Virus genome (UHGV): UHGV-1372779
Reading direction: 5' to 3' (one strand)
Origin: a virus
DNA: 64,000 bases
Under the pieces are notes generated by a model. It saw only the letters and a program-made list of their open reading frames with translations, did no database searches and was not told the origin of the DNA. The position numbers were made by a program, and so were the translations under genes. This document shows positions 1 through 10,185 of the stretch, piece by piece. Position 1 is the first letter of the stretch; each line of letters begins with the position of its first letter.

Positions 1-1040
1 AATCTCTTAATCCTTCTTTACTTTGGGTATATGTTTCACCTCCTAAATTTAAAGATAATGGAGTATTTTCGGGTATTTTTAACTCAGATCTTAGTTGATT
101 TTCTTGAGTTATTCTTTCCTGTTCTGGAGATAAGGGATTGGGACTAACAGGTTGTTGTCTATTATTTCCACTACCAAATATATAATCTGCCCAGAAATCA
201 CCAAATTTTCTATTTCTTAGTTGTTCAGAGAAGCTCCAAGTGGATTTATTTTTATCAAATATTCTATTCCCATTTGCATCTAATTTATACTGACCATTAG
301 CATCTTTTTCGTATAGATCATCATCTAAAGATTCTAGATCATTAACAAATTGATCATATTCTTCTAAAGATCCAAATGGTAATTCTCCTGCAACATTAAA
401 TGCAGATTTATCAGTAAAATATTCAGCAAATCTATTTCTATTTTCTTTTAAAGTCTTTGCAACATCACTAGTTCTCTGTCTTTCAGTCATGTTGTTATAT
501 GTATCTTGTCTAAATTTGTTTCCCCAGATTGTGCTTAACAACATATTCTTAGGATTATAATCTAAATTGATTTTTTCAGGAGAGCTTACAGAAGTATCTA
601 TTGTAGATAAATTTAGTAAGTTTCTCTTTATTGCATTAGTTAAATAGTCACTACTATACTTATCAGAAGGATCAAAACTTCCGGCGGTTTGATTATTATA
701 TTTAATATCAAATCCTCCTTTTGAGTTTAGATCAATAGATTGTATATCTCCTTGATCAATCATATTCAAGAATCTTTTGTAATCAGAATCTACATTTTTT
801 CCTCTTTTTCTATAAGAAGAAACTAATCCTCTAGCATCATCTGTTCCTTGCCAGTTGATTAATTTTTCTTTAGCTTCAGACTTAGAATACTTCTTACCAT
901 TTATAGTAATGGAATTAGTATCAGCTTCAAGTTGCTTTTTTCTTTTCTTCTCTTCTAATTTGGCCTTCTGATTATTATATTCTTGTAAGTTTTTAGGAGT
1001 TACTTTTCCTCCGTCTTGAAGTTTTTTTATAACTTGTGAC
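1..1040 (-). CDS. Hypothetical protein, partial. The start ATG is at 1040-1038 and the 3' end lies beyond the window start. The N-terminus MSQVIKKLQDGG is shared with the next gene upstream.
   Basis: Open minus-strand frame from the ATG at 1040 to position 1 with no stop; a terminator lies just upstream of its start. Confidence 0.5.
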
Positions 1041-1049
1041 ATAAAAATT

Positions 1050-1080
1050 AAAATAAAAAAGGAGCATTTCTCAATGCTCC
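1050..1080 (-). terminator. Rho-independent terminator. The stem GGAGCAT/ATGCTCC (plus strand 1061-1080) is followed on the minus strand by a T tract (plus-strand A run 1051-1060).
   Basis: 7-bp GC-containing hairpin followed by TTTTTTATTTT, read directly from the sequence. Confidence 0.55.
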
Positions 1081-1096
1081 CCATCTTTATAGATTT

Positions 1097-1405
1097 TTAA
1101 AGTCTCTTACTTACTACCAATTTACCTCCCCTTTTTGCCATTACAGGTTCCGCAGGAACAGGTTCTTGTCCTCCATTCATTTGTTGTTGTGCTGTGTTAA
1201 CTAAAGCTGCACAAACCTGTAGTGCTAATTGACCATCGTTAGCTTGAAGTGCTTGAATTGCAGCTTCGATGATCATTGCCACAGGATCTTGTCCTCCTTC
1301 ACCTTGTGCTGCGGGAGCTGCAGTTGGCTCAGGTGCAGGCGTAGGTTCAGCAGACATCTGACCACCATCCTGTAGTTTCTTTATTAAATTCTCACTTATT
1401 TTCAT
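1097..1405 (-). CDS. Hypothetical Pro/Ala/Gln-rich protein (102 aa). It is visibly more GC-rich than its surroundings and its N-terminus is LIKKLQDGG.
   Basis: ORF track; composition; a TAnnTTTG-like element (rc of 1470-1477) lies upstream. Confidence 0.5.
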   Translation of the reverse strand: MKISENLIKKLQDGGQMSAEPTPAPEPTAAPAAQGEGGQDPVAMIIEAAIQALQANDGQLALQVCAALVNTAQQQMNGGQEPVPAEPVMAKRGGKLVVSKRL

Positions 1406-1499
1406 AATATTAATTTTTAATTTTTAATTTTAAATTTTAATTACAAACTCTTAATCTTGAATTATTTACAAAAATAAAACTTTTTAACCTTGTTTCCTA

Positions 1500-1534
1500 G
1501 CAACCTTGTAAAATTTTAATTTACAAGATGTTGC
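1500..1534. promoter_or_regulatory. Near-perfect inverted repeat GCAACcTTGTAAA-N7-TTTACAAgatGTTGC in the divergent intergenic region; candidate operator.
   Basis: Palindrome seen directly; it lies between divergently oriented genes (the 1405 minus-strand gene and the 1616 plus-strand gene). Confidence 0.3.
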
Positions 1535-1615
1535 GTTATATTATCTAATTTCTTGATCTCTGTGATATAGCTTTTATGGATTTATATATCTAAGAGAGGT
1601 ATCTGCTTATTTTTC

Positions 1616-2038
1616 ATGATTCATATTATTTCAATTGTTGTTATTTCATTATATTTGCTGTTATTAATTTTAAATTTATTCATTATGTCTATTATATCTG
1701 TTGATCCCTTCATGATAAAAGGAAAATCTGAGAATGTTTATCAATTTGTAACTTACCCTCTTGATGCCGAATTTCCAGAAAGTTCTGGTGTATATATTTA
1801 TGCAAAATGTCATGATTCAGATGATTGTTTACTTATTTATTGTGGGAAATCCAATAATTTAAAAAATAGAATAAACAGTCATAAAGATCCAAAAGATAAA
1901 ATAAATGCTCATAATCCTAACTACATATTTATTTACTATACGAACACAAAAGAACAAGCATTAAATATTGAGACAGACATTCTAGCTAATAATAGTTTTC
2001 TTGAGAATCATCAACTTCAGAACAATAAACAGGAATAG
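1616..2038 (+). CDS. GIY-YIG nuclease-domain protein. The likely true start is an internal Met near 1712, because the annotated N-terminus is hydrophobic low-complexity sequence.
   Basis: Motif GVYIY...LIYCGKSNNLKNRINSH (GIY...YIG...R...N/H). It is a free-standing gene on the strand opposite to the structural genes. Confidence 0.55.
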   Translation: MIHIISIVVISLYLLLLILNLFIMSIISVDPFMIKGKSENVYQFVTYPLDAEFPESSGVYIYAKCHDSDDCLLIYCGKSNNLKNRINSHKDPKDKINAHNPNYIFIYYTNTKEQALNIETDILANNSFLENHQLQNNKQE

Positions 2039-2387
2039 TTTCAGTTATTCCTGTATCTGGATTTTTAATAACTTTATAATGGTGGATAACTTTACTTCTC
2101 CATTCTGGATCTTCATATTTCTTTTTTAATAATTCAATTCTCCATCTATCTGGGCAATCTAGTGATTGTAGTGCTTCATGTGCCTCATGAGAAATATATT
2201 TATTAGGGCGAAAAACGCCATCTTTATTTAGTGATAGTAGTATATAACAAGAATCATCTGTTATAATTGCATTTGTGCTGCCAAGTTCTCCTTCAAATAC
2301 TATAACCGGAGTATCTTCTATTATGCGACCACCTTCTTCATCAAAACTCATTTTGATTTTTCCTGTATGTTCTATTTGTTTAATCAT
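1986..2387 (-). CDS. Hypothetical protein (133 aa).
   Basis: ORF track; no motif recognised. Confidence 0.4.
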   Translation of the reverse strand: MIKQIEHTGKIKMSFDEEGGRIIEDTPVIVFEGELGSTNAIITDDSCYILLSLNKDGVFRPNKYISHEAHEALQSLDCPDRWRIELLKKKYEDPEWRSKVIHHYKVIKNPDTGITETIPVYCSEVDDSQENYY

Positions 2388-2406
2388 AATTCATGTTCAT
2401 TTTAAG

Positions 2407-2727
2407 TTATTCACATATATATTCTTTTTCTACACTTTCATATAAGGGAGATTTTAATGCCATTTTAATTAGTTTATCAATCTCTGTTTTCATGTATAAT
2501 ATATCTTCTTTTGTCTTAACTTCCAGACATGTAAATCTGAATTGTTCTTTTTCGAACTCATCAAAATTAAGTCCTTTATCTAAAGATTTTTTCATATCAA
2601 TTAATTCACATATTAAATCCTCATATCCAAAATGTTCTGCAAGTCTTAAACATGTATTAATCATTCTATAAAGTAATTGACTTTTGGGATATATGATATA
2701 ATCTTCTTGATCCTTATTTATTATCAT
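2407..2727 (-). CDS. Hypothetical protein (106 aa).
   Basis: ORF track; no motif recognised. Confidence 0.4.
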   Translation of the reverse strand: MIINKDQEDYIIYPKSQLLYRMINTCLRLAEHFGYEDLICELIDMKKSLDKGLNFDEFEKEQFRFTCLEVKTKEDILYMKTEIDKLIKMALKSPLYESVEKEYICE

Positions 2728-4198
2728 TGTTAAAATTATTTAAAATGGTTAATCCTCCTACTGATGGTAATAATTTTATAACTTCTACCGCTTTAGGAAT
2801 GTTTATATCAGAGTTAAAATGCCTGTTTCCATATTGTTCAATGAATTTATAGGCTTCTTCATCAGTTAAATCTCTTGTTCCAATTTTATTTTCTTCCCTA
2901 AATCTCCATAGATTAGAATGTAATTCTTTGGGAAGCTTACTCCAATCTGAACCCTGATATAATAGCTCTTTTAAATCCTTTGATATAGACATTGAAGGAT
3001 TAATATTAGCAAAATCATCATTTAAATTTATATTAAATAAGTTTTGCATCATATGAGTACCTTCATGTGCTGCGGTTCCTTTTATGTCTTTTAATGTTCT
3101 TAATTTGCCATTTTTATATCTGTTGATTCCGATAATATCATAATCATCTACTGGTGTGTACACTCCATTTGTTGAAGTTGTATTTAATATAAAGGAAGTG
3201 CCATTATCAGCATTGTTAAATCTAGAATTATTCTTTACTGTTGACAATTTTGCAGGAACACTTTTAGAATATCTTTTATTATCATTTAAAAATATTTTTA
3301 ATGTGTTCCATCTATTTAAATCTCCAGATATTGCTCCCATTGGAGGAAATGTATTTTCACTGTACTCACCTAATCCTATTTTAGTTCCTCTGTTTTTTAT
3401 ATTTTCATTTAAAATTAGCTTTTGAGTATTAAAGAAAGGCTGAGAATTATCTAATTTCTCACTTCCATTGAAATTCTTAAGAATAGCTTTTACTCCCTTT
3501 AGCGCACTTCTATCTTGTAATTTAAAGTATCCATTTCTTAATAATGGAACTTTATCTACAACATCATTTAAAATATCTATTTGTGGAATATTTCTAGTCA
3601 CACCACTACTAGCACCAGCAAACATTCCCGGAGAAACCATATTAGCACCAAATCTTAAAACAGGATTCTTTACATCTAAAGCCTCACCTAATTGTGCAGG
3701 TTTGCCAGTAATAGCTTCATATCCTGTATCTATTGCCATACCACCTAATGCACTTCTGCCTAAAGCTCCAAGTGCTTGATTAACACCATTACTTCCAATA
3801 ACTCCATTTGTAATTCTACCAAAATTATTAGAAGCATTTAAGGAGTTAGTAATAACTGGATTAGATAAATATGATCCTATTGAAGGTGCTATTGATGCTG
3901 TAGCTCCTATAGCAAATGGAGCTATCATCATTCCTCCTAAAATCGGAGCCATTTGTTTACCAGTTTCATTAGTTGAATTAATTACTTTTCTACCAAATCT
4001 TTCTCCTTTGTCATAGTTAGAAGGCCTTACTGTTACCTCCTCTAATGGTGAAGATTCAAATGTATCATCTAATATTTGTTTTACTATTTCTCCTTTTGGA
4101 GCAATGGATTTATATGTATCTTTATATTCCTTAGAAGTATATTTCCCTTCTTTTAGGAGTTTTGACAATTTATTTATTTTCTCAAAATCTAAAGCCAT
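2714..4198 (-). CDS. Gly-rich virion (internal or ejection-like) protein with an HExxH zinc-metallopeptidase motif (AAHEGTHMM).
   Basis: Glycine/alanine-rich segments resembling a membrane-interacting region; the HEGTH motif; position at the distal end of the structural module. Confidence 0.45.
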   Translation of the reverse strand: MALDFEKINKLSKLLKEGKYTSKEYKDTYKSIAPKGEIVKQILDDTFESSPLEEVTVRPSNYDKGERFGRKVINSTNETGKQMAPILGGMMIAPFAIGATASIAPSIGSYLSNPVITNSLNASNNFGRITNGVIGSNGVNQALGALGRSALGGMAIDTGYEAITGKPAQLGEALDVKNPVLRFGANMVSPGMFAGASSGVTRNIPQIDILNDVVDKVPLLRNGYFKLQDRSALKGVKAILKNFNGSEKLDNSQPFFNTQKLILNENIKNRGTKIGLGEYSENTFPPMGAISGDLNRWNTLKIFLNDNKRYSKSVPAKLSTVKNNSRFNNADNGTSFILNTTSTNGVYTPVDDYDIIGINRYKNGKLRTLKDIKGTAAHEGTHMMQNLFNINLNDDFANINPSMSISKDLKELLYQGSDWSKLPKELHSNLWRFREENKIGTRDLTDEEAYKFIEQYGNRHFNSDINIPKAVEVIKLLPSVGGLTILNNFNNDNK

Positions 4199-4305
4199 AT
4201 TATCCTCTATGATTTAGGATTTTTCAATTATTACAAATTTAACATATATTCTCATAATTTCCAATATGTTATATATTATTTAGAATGAATATAAATAATT
4301 TTATT

Positions 4306-5514
4306 TTACTCTACAGTACTAATAAATTCACCTTCATCCTTAGTATTATATAATATCTCTCTAACTAATAACTTCCCAGCCTCAATTGCAGCCTCATCAG
4401 TACCTTCTTTAAATAACTCTTCTAATCTTTCAGTCACCTTTGGTCTGAATATAATCTCATTCTTCTCAATCTCAGCTGCTTGTTTAGTGGAACCTCCTTT
4501 TTCCATTAGGACAGGGATTCCTTTGTTAGTGACTACTCCTTCAACATTGATGTTGTGTTTTCTGGCGTGTAATGCTCCGATTGGTAGGAGGTTTACATCG
4601 TTTTCTTTGTCTTTTAGATATTTTCTGTAATGAGTGATGAATTTGGCTCCTTTTTTCCCAAATGTTATATAACTATTACCTCCTAATATTCCGGACTGCT
4701 GAAGTTGTTTTCTATTATTAAACATATCAGTAGATGATGCTTGAATAGCTCTTTGGTCACTTGCTTCTCCTAGAATATCCTGTATTCCAGATTGCCAGAC
4801 CTTAGCTTGCCCAATTTTTTTATTAGCTTTCTTTCTAGCTCTGTTAGAAAGTAATCCATATTTTTTATTAGAATATTGCCCAGCCTTTTGAATATCTGCA
4901 CCTGTTCCTGTATAAGATGAATTACTTACAGCATTTTGGTCAATATCTATTGTATCTGTTTTCTTTCCAAATGCATTATTTACTAGTCCTAAGGCTCCTA
5001 AATTAAAAAAAGAGCTTCCTAGTATTGCATCAGTAGTAGTCATTTTATCTGTTCCAATTCCTACTTTTTCTAAAGCACTTCCTGCTAATTTACCAGCCTT
5101 CATTATTCCTCCTACAACCATTCCTGCAGGGCCAAAAGACATTGCTACATTAGAAATTGTATCATAAGCAGAATCAAGCCCTTGAGTTAGATTACCTTTT
5201 TTACCTGAATAATTTTTTTGGAAGACTTTAAAATTGGATAACATATCTAATCCAGCTCCTATAGCTCCCATAGGATTTGCACCTCCACCTGTTGCTCCAG
5301 TTGTTTCAGCAACTGAAGTAGTAGAGGTATTAATCCCTAATACGGAATTACCAAGATTTCTGAGTCTATCTCCTAAGGTAAAGTTAGGTTTAATAGAATT
5401 TAAACTTGCTCCTTGAGCAGCCATAGCATTTAAAGTTAAGGCTGGAGTTGTTGCTGTGAGTTGGGGATCTGTAAGAACCCCTCCCCACTGTAATTTAAAT
5501 ATTATATGTTTCAT
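4306..5514 (-). CDS. Gly-rich virion protein (402 aa), paralogue-like to the preceding gene.
   Basis: Similar Gly/Ala/Ser-rich composition; ATG/TAA overlap with the upstream 1556-aa gene at 5514. Confidence 0.45.
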   Translation of the reverse strand: MKHIIFKLQWGGVLTDPQLTATTPALTLNAMAAQGASLNSIKPNFTLGDRLRNLGNSVLGINTSTTSVAETTGATGGGANPMGAIGAGLDMLSNFKVFQKNYSGKKGNLTQGLDSAYDTISNVAMSFGPAGMVVGGIMKAGKLAGSALEKVGIGTDKMTTTDAILGSSFFNLGALGLVNNAFGKKTDTIDIDQNAVSNSSYTGTGADIQKAGQYSNKKYGLLSNRARKKANKKIGQAKVWQSGIQDILGEASDQRAIQASSTDMFNNRKQLQQSGILGGNSYITFGKKGAKFITHYRKYLKDKENDVNLLPIGALHARKHNINVEGVVTNKGIPVLMEKGGSTKQAAEIEKNEIIFRPKVTERLEELFKEGTDEAAIEAGKLLVREILYNTKDEGEFISTVE

Positions 5515-8500
5515 TAGTTATAACTTGGTGTATATATAGTTTGTATTGCTGTTATAATTGGCTTATTTTTACCATCATATTTAAATCTCACTCTCATAAA
5601 TTTATCCCTAGGTCTAATTTCCATGAATGGAAGATCTTCTACTGTTACATCTTCTCCATTTTCATAAGTTCTTCTATGAGCTCTCATAGGATCGATTTCT
5701 AAGTAGAATAAGTCTTCTTTATATACAGAATTTCCTAAGATATTTCCCCAAACCTTAATATCCCTAACATCCATGCTCTTTCTCATAGTATATTGGTTTA
5801 ATTTTCTATCTTTAAAGAATTCTGCATTTAATTGATCTAAATATAAAGGTTCTCCAGTATCATCATCATATTGAAGTTTTCCTTTTTTATAATATAATTT
5901 TGGATCGAAGGTTATAATATATTCTGGAACAAATTCTCCATCCTCTTCTTCTTTACCTAATGAAGAAGTGCTAAAATTAGGATCTGATTGATATTTATAA
6001 GAATTTTCTTTACAATTACTAAAAGCATAGGCATCTCCTATTACATCATAGAGAATCTCTACAGGAGGAACATTATTAGATAATATTTGAAAGTTGTCAA
6101 ATATTTTATGTCTGGCTCCTTCTTTATTAACTATAAATTCTAGTTCGAATGGATATTGTCTATCATACCACACACAGTTTTTAATCTCTGTTTGGTTGTC
6201 AATTATTCCTGCCACTCCATGTTTCCAGAAGTATGTAAGTTCATGAGGTTCTTGGAGTTCTGGTATATTATTTAAATAAGATAATCTAATAGTTAAAGTA
6301 TCTCTAAATACTTGTCCTGATACTTCTTTATCTTTATCCACTCCTTCTCTATTTATTTCTACCTCAATATCTAGAGTAGCATAATATTTTCCTTCCAAAA
6401 CATATTTTTTATAGGTATTTTCTGATTGTTTAAACACTATTCTACTTTCTTTGTCAGAAATAGCTTCTATATAAAAATCGTCATTATCATTAGTTTGTCC
6501 TTCATCAGGTTCAATAAATTTATATTTTAAAGATCTAACTTCATTTATATCAATAGAATCTAGCTTAAGACTTAATTCTCCAATTCCTATATCTTTAGTA
6601 TCAGAACTTAACTTAGGAAACTCAACTCCGGGATAAACTACTTCTCTTAGATAATTAGAACTGTATTTATCCCCAGAATTATCATAGCAATTTGATAAAA
6701 CAATTCCCCTCGAAGTGTAGCTATCACTCCAACAAGAGGAAACAGATGATATATTTTTAGCAGAGTCTTTATCATAACTAAAATAAATATTATTAATATT
6801 CTCAGATAATAAAGGAATCCAAGAATATCTGGTTGTCCACAAATTTAATTTTTCATTAAAGCATATATTCCATCCTATTGAATTAATATCATTTCCTAAA
6901 TTATCAGTAGATTTAATATCATCATAGAATGTAAACATTATATCATATTTAAATGCGTTATAATGAGATTTAACATTTCTTATTCCTAACAACGGAAGTA
7001 TTTCCTTTTCAGTTAAAGTTATATTATCATTTAAATAAGATTGTATTTTAAAGTCAGAAATGGTTTCAAAAGATCTTCCATCTGTTCTCCAAATTCTCTT
7101 CCCTACTGTATCTACTCCATATACAAATCTTTCTGATTTAACTATAGAGTCCTTCCATTGTGATCCAAATGTCTTAGACAACATTGTAGGTCTTTCTGGT
7201 AATACTTTATTAGAGTTAATAAAAACCTCTTCTTTATTTTGCCCTTCTCCTAATGGAACTTTTTCATTAACTGGTAATATTCCTACTCCATGTTCAAATA
7301 CTACCAATAAATTGCTATACCATTCTAATATATCAGTTATGGCTCCAAATTCTTTGTTATAATCACTATAATTATTTAATCTAAATATTCTATAAGAATT
7401 TTTAAAGGCATCGGTAGTATATATATCTGAATATATTATTCTATTAGATAGCTCATTTTTTATATAAGGAACATCGGGGAGGATAAAGTTATTCTTCTCA
7501 GAAACTGTGGAGTTAAATCCTGCATTAAATAAAGTAGAGTCAGGAATTTTATAAGATCCATCAGATTGAAATCCATTTATAGGAGCAAAAGTTCTAGGAT
7601 GGCCTACTAACCCCATCTCTGATCCATTAGAGTCATCTTCTACTCTAAGAGATAAATTTATATTGCTCATACATTTAAAGGTTACCCAGTGTCCTATATT
7701 TACAGCATTAACATCTCCTCTATTTATCTCAGCACATTCTTCTAAATCTAAAGCTCCATTTTCAAATCCTGAGTAATGATCTTTCCATGTATTTTGGTTT
7801 ATAAAATCACTGTTAATGGGAGCTTCTGGATCTTGAAAATTCCTACACATTCTATGAGTAAAGTTTCCAATGAAACAATCTCCTCTATAGCAGACAATAA
7901 AATCATCTACAAATCCATATTCTGTTCTATCACATATAGGATAAAAGGGATCGGTTATATTACCTCTTATCTTAAAATAATCCTTTAAAGAATTTTCATT
8001 ATAACCATATGTAAGCACATTGAATATACTTAAAGGATCATTATATCCTTCTATTCCTACATAAGGCCCCCATTCTCCTCTTAATAAATTAGTAGCACTC
8101 TTATTAGGATTTTCTGATTTTAAGTAAGATACTCTATAAGCTTCTTCAGCAGCACCTGCTCTAGAAGAGAATTCCATAGTTCCAGAAGAAGAAAGTTGTA
8201 CACTATCTCCAACATAGGTTAAAGTAGATGTAGTTAAATATTCTGAAGTATTACTAGTATATCCATTTACATAATAGTGCCTAGAATTTTCAAACGAAGG
8301 TTCTAAAACATCGTTCTCTGGCTTAATAGGAGCAGCTACAACTTCATAAGGTATGGCAGAAAATAATTGTGAATATAATTCAGAGTTTAATTCTGCTTCC
8401 GGAATTATTGCAGCATTTATGCCGCAGGAGTCAATAGTTCTTAATCTGTCCTCAAATTCATGATCTAGTACTCTTTCATTAGTTAAAAATGATTCCGTTA

Positions 8501-10184
8501 TATATGTGTATGTTTGTCCTTCTTTTCTAATAGGAATAACAGGAAGATTAGATCCTGAGTCTAGTCCTATAGTTAATCCTTGACAGAGGATAGTTGGAAT
8601 TCTTTTTTGTCTAACTATAAAGAATCCTTTAGTATATTTATTAAGTTCTTCAATAACAGAATTATTAAATGTAAACTCAATTCCTATAGGATAAATATTC
8701 TTCGATGATGAATCTATAATGGGTCTAGAATCTATTTTAACCACTCCTTTACCATTCTCTAGTTGTACTGTTCCATTAGTGGATTTTAAAAATCCATCCT
8801 CATCTAATTCTATATATTTTCTATCTCCACTTACTGAATCATATATATCAAAATTAGTAAAGTCTGGAGAATCTGTTAATACTCCTCCCCTAACATTAAA
8901 TACTGGAGATAATGTATAGTTATTTAAAACATAGACTATTCCAAATCTATACAAATCATTCCAATATCCTAGCCTAAAATATATATTGTTAGGATTAGTG
9001 TATTCACCAGAATTAGAAGAGTTAGAAACATCTAAATATTGTTCATTAATATATCCTATAGACTCTTCTCTATATATTTTGGGGCATATTCTAAGACTTA
9101 AATCAGCTAATTCTTCATAAGGAATATCTGTTTTAGCAACATTTCCAAAAAATAATCTATTTTGTACTTGAGCTTGACCTTTTGCCTTAGAAATTATATT
9201 ATAAGTAGTATTTATTTCATCTAAAGAAATATCTATAAAAGGCTCTAGTCCTGTTATTATTATATGAGCTGATCCAGCTGTTATAGTAAACTTTGAATCA
9301 ACTATATAAGCTGAAGTTAGTCTACTTTTGTTATATGATCCAGTAGTTCTAGTACAATATACTTTAACATAATCATAAGTAGAATCTATATTAGTTAAAC
9401 TAAAAGCTACATATTTATCTGATATTGAATCAGATATATTTCCCTTAGGAGAAGTAGAACTTCCTGAGAAAATACTTACTATTCCAGATTCCCCTACAAA
9501 ATCTGTTTCGTTTCCATCAGAGTCCTCATATTTAAAGTAGAATACATAGTTACCTACTTTCAATTGTCCTCCTGATCTTGTTCCCAAGAATTGAATTTTT
9601 GGTATTTTGTTTATTATTTTATATAATCCTGCATCCCCTTCTAAGGTATCTTCATCATATATATTAGTATCATTATTTCCCGCTCTATCTACTACTTGAT
9701 ATTGATTATTTTCAGTAACAGAAAATCTACTATTTATCAGTTTAGGAGTATTTAAATCATCTGTTAGTATAAGATTAACAGATCCATCATAAGATGGTTG
9801 ACACTCTATATCTACTGGATGGTTTATATCTAAATTTAATTTTTTTGTTCTAAAATCTATTAACTCATTAGCATAATTTTTAATATATAAATGCCCAGAT
9901 TTTGGAGCTTCACCTGGATCAGCTGGTTCTATTGATTTATAATCTGATTCGCTTAGCTCTGAAATATTTTGAGTAGTTATATATTTACCATTTACTATTA
10001 TTGGTTGTGAATTTAGATCTAAATATCTTCCAGTTGTATTTTCTATGAGATACTTGTCTTCTGAAGATCTCATACATAATAAGGGATTATATTCATAACT
10101 TAGGAATCCCTTAACTGGCTTTATTTTGTATGCTACACTAAATACTAGACTTAGTGAGTTTAATATTTTGAAATCTGGAGCCAT
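5514..10184 (-). CDS. Very large virion structural protein (1556 aa).
   Basis: 4.7-kb uninterrupted ORF; beta-rich, N/S/T/Y-rich composition typical of tail or baseplate proteins; translationally coupled to its neighbours. Confidence 0.6.
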   Translation of the reverse strand: MAPDFKILNSLSLVFSVAYKIKPVKGFLSYEYNPLLCMRSSEDKYLIENTTGRYLDLNSQPIIVNGKYITTQNISELSESDYKSIEPADPGEAPKSGHLYIKNYANELIDFRTKKLNLDINHPVDIECQPSYDGSVNLILTDDLNTPKLINSRFSVTENNQYQVVDRAGNNDTNIYDEDTLEGDAGLYKIINKIPKIQFLGTRSGGQLKVGNYVFYFKYEDSDGNETDFVGESGIVSIFSGSSTSPKGNISDSISDKYVAFSLTNIDSTYDYVKVYCTRTTGSYNKSRLTSAYIVDSKFTITAGSAHIIITGLEPFIDISLDEINTTYNIISKAKGQAQVQNRLFFGNVAKTDIPYEELADLSLRICPKIYREESIGYINEQYLDVSNSSNSGEYTNPNNIYFRLGYWNDLYRFGIVYVLNNYTLSPVFNVRGGVLTDSPDFTNFDIYDSVSGDRKYIELDEDGFLKSTNGTVQLENGKGVVKIDSRPIIDSSSKNIYPIGIEFTFNNSVIEELNKYTKGFFIVRQKRIPTILCQGLTIGLDSGSNLPVIPIRKEGQTYTYITESFLTNERVLDHEFEDRLRTIDSCGINAAIIPEAELNSELYSQLFSAIPYEVVAAPIKPENDVLEPSFENSRHYYVNGYTSNTSEYLTTSTLTYVGDSVQLSSSGTMEFSSRAGAAEEAYRVSYLKSENPNKSATNLLRGEWGPYVGIEGYNDPLSIFNVLTYGYNENSLKDYFKIRGNITDPFYPICDRTEYGFVDDFIVCYRGDCFIGNFTHRMCRNFQDPEAPINSDFINQNTWKDHYSGFENGALDLEECAEINRGDVNAVNIGHWVTFKCMSNINLSLRVEDDSNGSEMGLVGHPRTFAPINGFQSDGSYKIPDSTLFNAGFNSTVSEKNNFILPDVPYIKNELSNRIIYSDIYTTDAFKNSYRIFRLNNYSDYNKEFGAITDILEWYSNLLVVFEHGVGILPVNEKVPLGEGQNKEEVFINSNKVLPERPTMLSKTFGSQWKDSIVKSERFVYGVDTVGKRIWRTDGRSFETISDFKIQSYLNDNITLTEKEILPLLGIRNVKSHYNAFKYDIMFTFYDDIKSTDNLGNDINSIGWNICFNEKLNLWTTRYSWIPLLSENINNIYFSYDKDSAKNISSVSSCWSDSYTSRGIVLSNCYDNSGDKYSSNYLREVVYPGVEFPKLSSDTKDIGIGELSLKLDSIDINEVRSLKYKFIEPDEGQTNDNDDFYIEAISDKESRIVFKQSENTYKKYVLEGKYYATLDIEVEINREGVDKDKEVSGQVFRDTLTIRLSYLNNIPELQEPHELTYFWKHGVAGIIDNQTEIKNCVWYDRQYPFELEFIVNKEGARHKIFDNFQILSNNVPPVEILYDVIGDAYAFSNCKENSYKYQSDPNFSTSSLGKEEEDGEFVPEYIITFDPKLYYKKGKLQYDDDTGEPLYLDQLNAEFFKDRKLNQYTMRKSMDVRDIKVWGNILGNSVYKEDLFYLEIDPMRAHRRTYENGEDVTVEDLPFMEIRPRDKFMRVRFKYDGKNKPIITAIQTIYTPSYN

Positions 10185-10185
10185 C

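Noticed and set aside
2393-2671. Plus-strand ORF overlapping the minus-strand gene 2407-2727
   Set aside because: It lies antisense to an equally long ORF in a region where every other gene is on the minus strand, and its Ser/Leu/Phe-rich product looks like a shadow frame.
3156-3779. Plus-strand ORFs 3156-3425 and 3468-3779 (and similar plus-strand ORFs at 5234, 7060, 7776, 8719, 11050, 11462, 12222, 13259, 16615, 18709, 18994, 22997, 23947, 27925, 31520, 31862, 34783, 44021, 49277, 55166, 59609, 59903, 60809 and 62764 on the minus strand)
   Set aside because: All lie antisense inside long, well-supported ORFs and encode low-complexity hydrophobic peptides, so they are shadow ORFs.
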